This document shows positions 38,663 to 40,708 of a stretch of 40,708 nt of DNA, piece after piece. Below the pieces are notes generated by a model, which saw only the letters and a list, made by a program, of their open reading frames with translations, was not told where the DNA came from and did not search any database. How positions within the stretch are numbered: position 1 is the first letter of the stretch; each line of letters starts with the position of its first letter. This DNA is from Cyanobium sp. Its GTDB lineage: Bacteria; Cyanobacteriota; Cyanobacteriia; PCC-6307; Cyanobiaceae. The translations under genes were made by a program, and so were the position numbers. Where the stretch lies: NCBI GenBank assembly GCA_044376165.1, contig JBIPMZ010000001.1:1-40708 (forward strand), read 5' to 3'.

Positions 38663-40216
38663 ATGACTCGTCCCCGCTGGCACGTGGCCCTGCCTCGGTC
38701 GGCCAGCCGGATCGGGCGGAATTGGGATCGATTCGTGGCGCTCTGGGCGGCGCTCAACCTCGCCTGGATCGCCTTCGACCTCACCTACATCCCCCTGCGC
38801 ACCTTCTGGCTGCAGCGCAACCTCTACCCGATCCCGTCGGTGCCCCTGGTGCTGCCGCTCACCTTCCTGCCCAACCTCACCCCGTGGGTGGATCCGATCA
38901 AGGGGATCTCCCCGCATCGCGACACCCAGGCCTGGCTGGACCGCTTCCGGCGACTGGATGCCACGCTGGCGACGCACCGGCCGGGGCTGCCGCTCACAGC
39001 CCTCCAGCAGCGGCGCCTCCAGGAGCAGGTGATTGCGACCCGGGAGCTGATCGACACCGATCCGTTTGCCGCCTCCAATGCCTCGGGCACGCTGGAGAAA
39101 ATCAAGAACCGTTTGCGGGAGAGGGCCGACGGCGATCGCCGCGGCTCCGCCAAGGAAGCCGCCCAGACCCTGCTCAGCCCGGCCTGGCTCGCCCCCCGCA
39201 GCTGGCCGGAGGAGCGGCGGTTCTGGACCCAGCAGGTGCTGCCCCTGGTGGAAACCAACTACTGGCGATCGATCGATGAGAACGGTCGGCTCACGGATCA
39301 TTTCTGGCGCTACGACCTGCTGCTGTTCCAGAGCGTCTTTGGCGTCGACATCCTGCTGCGGGCCTACCGGCTGCGCCGCCGCCTGCCCGGCCTGAGCTGG
39401 CGGGAGGCCCTGCTGCGCCGCTGGATCGATCTGCCGCTCCTGTTGCCCTTCGGGCGCTGGTTGCGGGTGGTGCCGGTCACGGAGCGGCTGCAGTCGAGCG
39501 GTCTGATCTCCGTGGAGCCGCTGCGGGCGGTGATCAGCCGCGCTGTGGTGGCGTTGCTGGCGGTGGAGCTGTTCGAGGTGCTCGCCCTGCAGCTGATCGA
39601 TGGACTGCAGGGGCTGATTCGCTCCCGTCGCTGGCCCGCCCGCATCCGCTCCCTGCGCAGCCATCAAACCGTGATCCACCACGACGAACGGCAGCTGGTG
39701 GAGCTGGCGCGCGTCTGGGCGCCGCTGCTGCTCGGCCAGGTGGCGCCGCGTCTGGCGCCGGAACTGCAAGGGCTGCTGGGCCATGCCCTCGGCCAGAGCC
39801 TTCAGACCACGGTGGTTCCCCCGCCGCTGCGGCAGCTGGAACCGTTGCTGCGCATGGAGCAGGGTCTGGCCCGCCAGCTGGCCAGCGGGATGGTGGAGAG
39901 CTTGCTGGATCTGAGCCGTGGCACCGGTGAGCGGCTCAGCCGCCGCGATGACCAGCAGCTGCAGCTGCTGCAGCAATTTATCGATCGCTTTTGGGAGGAG
40001 CTGGCGGTGGCGCTGGAGAACGGTCCGGTGCTCGAACGCTCCCAGCAGCTGCTCTGCGCGGCCCTGGAGGAATTCAAACAAACCTATGTGAGCCAGATCA
40101 GCCGGGCGGGGATCGGCGGCCTGATCGAGGAGCTGGATCAGCTGATGGTGCGTCCGGAGGGGACGGCGACGCCGGAGCGAGCCCCGGAGCCGGCGCTCAG
40201 CCCGGGGGAGGGGTAG
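38663..40216 (+). CDS. Hypothetical membrane protein with Ion_trans S1-S4-like segments
   Basis: WDRFVALWAALNLAWIAFDL; DLLLFQSVFGVDILLR; RRWIDLPLLLPF; RWLRVVPVTERL; long helical C-terminus. Confidence 0.75.
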   Translation: MTRPRWHVALPRSASRIGRNWDRFVALWAALNLAWIAFDLTYIPLRTFWLQRNLYPIPSVPLVLPLTFLPNLTPWVDPIKGISPHRDTQAWLDRFRRLDATLATHRPGLPLTALQQRRLQEQVIATRELIDTDPFAASNASGTLEKIKNRLRERADGDRRGSAKEAAQTLLSPAWLAPRSWPEERRFWTQQVLPLVETNYWRSIDENGRLTDHFWRYDLLLFQSVFGVDILLRAYRLRRRLPGLSWREALLRRWIDLPLLLPFGRWLRVVPVTERLQSSGLISVEPLRAVISRAVVALLAVELFEVLALQLIDGLQGLIRSRRWPARIRSLRSHQTVIHHDERQLVELARVWAPLLLGQVAPRLAPELQGLLGHALGQSLQTTVVPPPLRQLEPLLRMEQGLARQLASGMVESLLDLSRGTGERLSRRDDQQLQLLQQFIDRFWEELAVALENGPVLERSQQLLCAALEEFKQTYVSQISRAGIGGLIEELDQLMVRPEGTATPERAPEPALSPGEG

Positions 40217-40562
40217 GGCTTCCCAGCAGCTCCTGCCACTCCTGGGGGCGGAAGCCCGTGAGGATGCGACCGTCGGCCGCGACGAGAAACGGACGCTTGA
40301 TCAGGCGACCATCCGCCGCGAGGGCCGCCAGGGCCTGGTCATCGTCCATGGCCTTCACCGCCGCGGCACCGAGGGCGCGATAGCTCTGACCGCTGGTGTT
40401 GAACAGTCGGCCGCGGCCGAGTTGGGTGAGGGCGGCCCGCAACTCGGCGAGGCTGGGGGGCTGGCGGGTGATGTCCACCGTTTCGACGCTGAGGCCCCTT
40501 GCCTGCAACCAGGTTTGGGCCTTGCGGCAGGTTCCGCAGGCGGAATAGGCGTAAAAGCGCAC
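40197..40562 (-). CDS. ArsC/Spx/MgsR family protein
   Basis: YSACGTCRKA (CxxC), LFNTSGQSYR, LIKRPF. Confidence 0.92.
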   Translation of the reverse strand: MRFYAYSACGTCRKAQTWLQARGLSVETVDITRQPPSLAELRAALTQLGRGRLFNTSGQSYRALGAAAVKAMDDDQALAALAADGRLIKRPFLVAADGRILTGFRPQEWQELLGSPTPPPG

Positions 40563-40606
40563 TGCGGAGGGGGGCTGGGGGGACGCGGTGGCGATGGGGG
40601 CGATCC

Positions 40607-40708
40607 CTACTTGCGACCCACCAGGGCCTTGAGAGCCCCCACCAGGCTGTTGGAGCCCTTGCCCACCGCATTCTCCGGGCGGGTGCGGACGGTGACGTCG
40701 CCGTAGAC
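40607..40708 (-). CDS. C-terminus of a probable 2Fe-2S ferredoxin-like protein (partial)
   Basis: Manual translation ...VYGDVTVRTRPENAVGKGSNSLVGALKALVGRK*. The V.GDV.V.T.P tail is typical of 2Fe-2S domains, but the Cys ligands lie outside the window. Confidence 0.55.
   Translation of the reverse strand, partial: VYGDVTVRTRPENAVGKGSNSLVGALKALVGRK

Overview
High-GC (roughly 70% by eye) core-chromosome segment of a picocyanobacterium, most consistent with Cyanobium or freshwater Synechococcus. It is densely packed with about 42 genes: por (partial), psaM, CRR6, a lipoate ligase, a site-2 protease, trpF, the folE-SDR-accA-aar-ado alkane cluster, creatininase, S1/Tab2/pgeF, a photolyase/cryptochrome divergent from a cyAbrB-type regulator, an FAD oxidoreductase, ppsA, ilvB, hemH, a solitary tyrosine recombinase, cobO-pyrH-frr, transaldolase, ftsI, a CAAX protease, a double histidine phosphatase, a degenerate dihydroorotase, lepB and an ArsC/Spx protein. 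I saw no rRNA, tRNA, CRISPR array or IS element. The best leads are: (1) a photolyase-family protein with a plant-cryptochrome-like Asp at the flavin N5 position plus a C-terminal extension, divergent from abrB in a possibly acquired block; (2) a hypothetical membrane protein resembling a pore-less S1-S4 voltage-sensor domain; (3) FtsB-like and FtsL-like unannotated proteins; (4) an apparently domesticated tyrosine recombinase; (5) a perfect 22-bp palindrome inside a convergent gene, positioned to terminate abrB. All calls come from recognising motifs by eye; no searches were run.
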